This document shows, one piece after another, positions 62,791 through 64,000 of a stretch of DNA of 64,000 nucleotides (within the stretch, counting starts at the first letter, position 1; each line of letters opens with the position of its first letter). Source of the DNA: Patescibacteria group bacterium (lineage in GTDB: Bacteria; Patescibacteriota; Patescibacteriia; Patescibacteriales; JBAZCA01); the NCBI GenBank assembly GCA_041661505.1, contig JBAZUF010000001.1, positions 241,576 to 305,575 of the forward strand, given 5' to 3'. The notes under the pieces are model-generated. The model saw only the letters and a list, made by a program, of their open reading frames with translations, did not search any database and was not told the DNA's origin. The position numbers and the translations under genes were made by a program.

Positions 62791-64000
62791 TTATTGGCTT
62801 ATTTTATTTAATGGCTCCCAATTCAGGCCGGGATAAAGGGCTCTTAAGTGCTTAAGGGACTTAATATATTCATCGTTTTCTCCTTCCAGGCGAAGCATCT
62901 CCGATCGCCGGGCAAGAAACTCGTAGTTAAAAGGGGCCAAGCGAATGGCTTTTTTATAAATTTTCTCCGCCGAATTAAAATCCCTGTTTATTATTTTAAT
63001 ATCGATTATCTTTTCATAGACAAGCGACATTTCATCGACAATATCCTGGCGATGCTCATTATTTAATTGCGGGTGGTTCGTGTCAGGATACCGGATCAGA
63101 GCTTCGTAATATTTGTTTAAGGCCTCGCTATATCTTTTTTGGCTGAAATAAATGTTCCCCCAATCATAATAAGGGCGGGCAAATCCCGGCGCCTTTTGTA
63201 ATATTTCGTAAAAAACTTTATCCGCCTCTTTCCATTCTTCAGCCGACCCGCCTTTCAATTTCCCGATTTCTCCAAGGAGAACGCCGAATCTGACCTTCCC
63301 TTCAAAATATAAATTATCATATCCTCTGCCCAAAAGGCTCTCCTTAAACCTTTCGAGGAGAATAATTTCCTTTTCTTTATCGTTAATCTGGCTTACAGCC
63401 GGAATGAGAAAAATAGTCATGTTTGACGGATAGAAAGACTCACCGGGGTTTGCGTCAATGGCCTTATAATAATACCCTAAAGCCCTGGAAGCGTCTCCGG
63501 TCTTCGTATTGACCATGGCCATGCGGAAATAACAATCGGCCAGCCGATTCTTAATATTTAGTCCGTAAACCATATAACCCAGAAACAAAAGGAGGGTGGC
63601 GGCCAGTATAAAGCCGATGCTTTTCCTTATAAAAAATTCTTTTTCAAAAATTCGGGAATTTTCCTCCGGCGAAAAATTATTTCCCGTCATTTTAAAAATA
63701 ATCGCCAGGTAAAGGAAAAAATATACGGCGGTTGTGATAACGGCAAAGCCAAAAAGGATCGAGACGCAATAAGAAAAAATTGCCGAAAATAGGACCGCCA
63801 ATATTCTTTTTTTTCTTATCGGGAGCGCGCTTTTACTAAAATTAGAGGCAAGATATAGAAGATAGCCGAATAAGCTAAACCAGACAAAAAAGCCCGCGAC
63901 TCCGCTCACAATCAGTATGTCAAGGATTTCAGAGTGGGCCCGATCAGGATAAACATTAATCTTTTCATAAACCGCGTAGTCCGGTTCGTAGTATTTGTGA
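62791..64000 (-). CDS. O-antigen ligase/polymerase-like membrane protein with C-terminal TPR repeats (N-terminus beyond the window end)
   Basis: The frame stays open upstream of the track's GTG start to position 64000 (…YPDRAHSEILDILIVSGVAGFFVW, a Wzy_C-like motif). The C-terminal half has TPR-like repeats (ALGYYYKAIDANP, ALNKYYEALIRYP). Confidence 0.7.
   Translation of the reverse strand, partial: HKYYEPDYAVYEKINVYPDRAHSEILDILIVSGVAGFFVWFSLFGYLLYLASNFSKSALPIRKKRILAVLFSAIFSYCVSILFGFAVITTAVYFFLYLAIIFKMTGNNFSPEENSRIFEKEFFIRKSIGFILAATLLLFLGYMVYGLNIKNRLADCYFRMAMVNTKTGDASRALGYYYKAIDANPGESFYPSNMTIFLIPAVSQINDKEKEIILLERFKESLLGRGYDNLYFEGKVRFGVLLGEIGKLKGGSAEEWKEADKVFYEILQKAPGFARPYYDWGNIYFSQKRYSEALNKYYEALIRYPDTNHPQLNNEHRQDIVDEMSLVYEKIIDIKIINRDFNSAEKIYKKAIRLAPFNYEFLARRSEMLRLEGENDEYIKSLKHLRALYPGLNWEPLNKISQ

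Noticed and set aside
1-64000. CRISPR arrays, rRNA genes, IS elements/transposases, integrases, prophage structural genes
   Set aside because: I looked for regularly spaced direct repeats, rRNA-like conserved stretches, and DDE or tyrosine/serine recombinase motifs in the ORF set. None were found. The only long repeat structure is the single palindrome at 56166-56347.

Overview
This 64-kb window comes from a streamlined, moderately AT-rich bacterial genome that uses the standard genetic code. The gene content suggests a Candidate Phyla Radiation / Patescibacteria (Parcubacteria-like) organism, but that is inference only: many small pilin-like genes, DUF5674, a membrane-anchored Clp ATPase, CARDB/Cys-rich surface proteins and little biosynthesis. 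I can support about 75 protein genes, mostly on the minus strand. Housekeeping genes include rpsL-rpsG-fusA, rpmB, typA, rlmN, a ClpC-like ATPase, ftsEX, trxAB, glnA, gatCA and ligA. There are 4 tRNAs read by hand: Gln-UUG, Gly-CCC, Thr-CGU and Ser-GGA. I saw no rRNA, CRISPR array, transposase or integrase. Two genes run off the window edges and are missing from the ORF track (1..1921 minus and 62791..64000 minus). The observations most worth a second look are: (1) a terminator-bracketed two-gene operon next to the str operon, pairing a divergent PrkA-family P-loop protein with a sensor-less sigma54-type enhancer-binding AAA+ protein; (2) a textbook-looking leader-peptide attenuator with three consecutive Arg codons upstream of an ArgA-like GNAT gene; (3) a decoy copy of the typA 5' end 67 nt upstream of the real start, next to a protein made of homing-endonuclease-associated repeats; (4) an MNT/HEPN toxin-antitoxin cassette inserted between rpsG and fusA; (5) a degraded island next to tRNA-Gln carrying DUF4256-PadR-pentapeptide and ArsR-thioredoxin-permease modules; (6) a CsoR-family repressor with a palindromic operator ahead of trxA-trxB; (7) a 182-nt AT-rich imperfect palindrome after ligA; (8) a type IV pilus-like cluster with four pseudopilins, a 477-aa repeat protein and PilD. 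All functional calls rest on motif recognition by eye. No database search was run.
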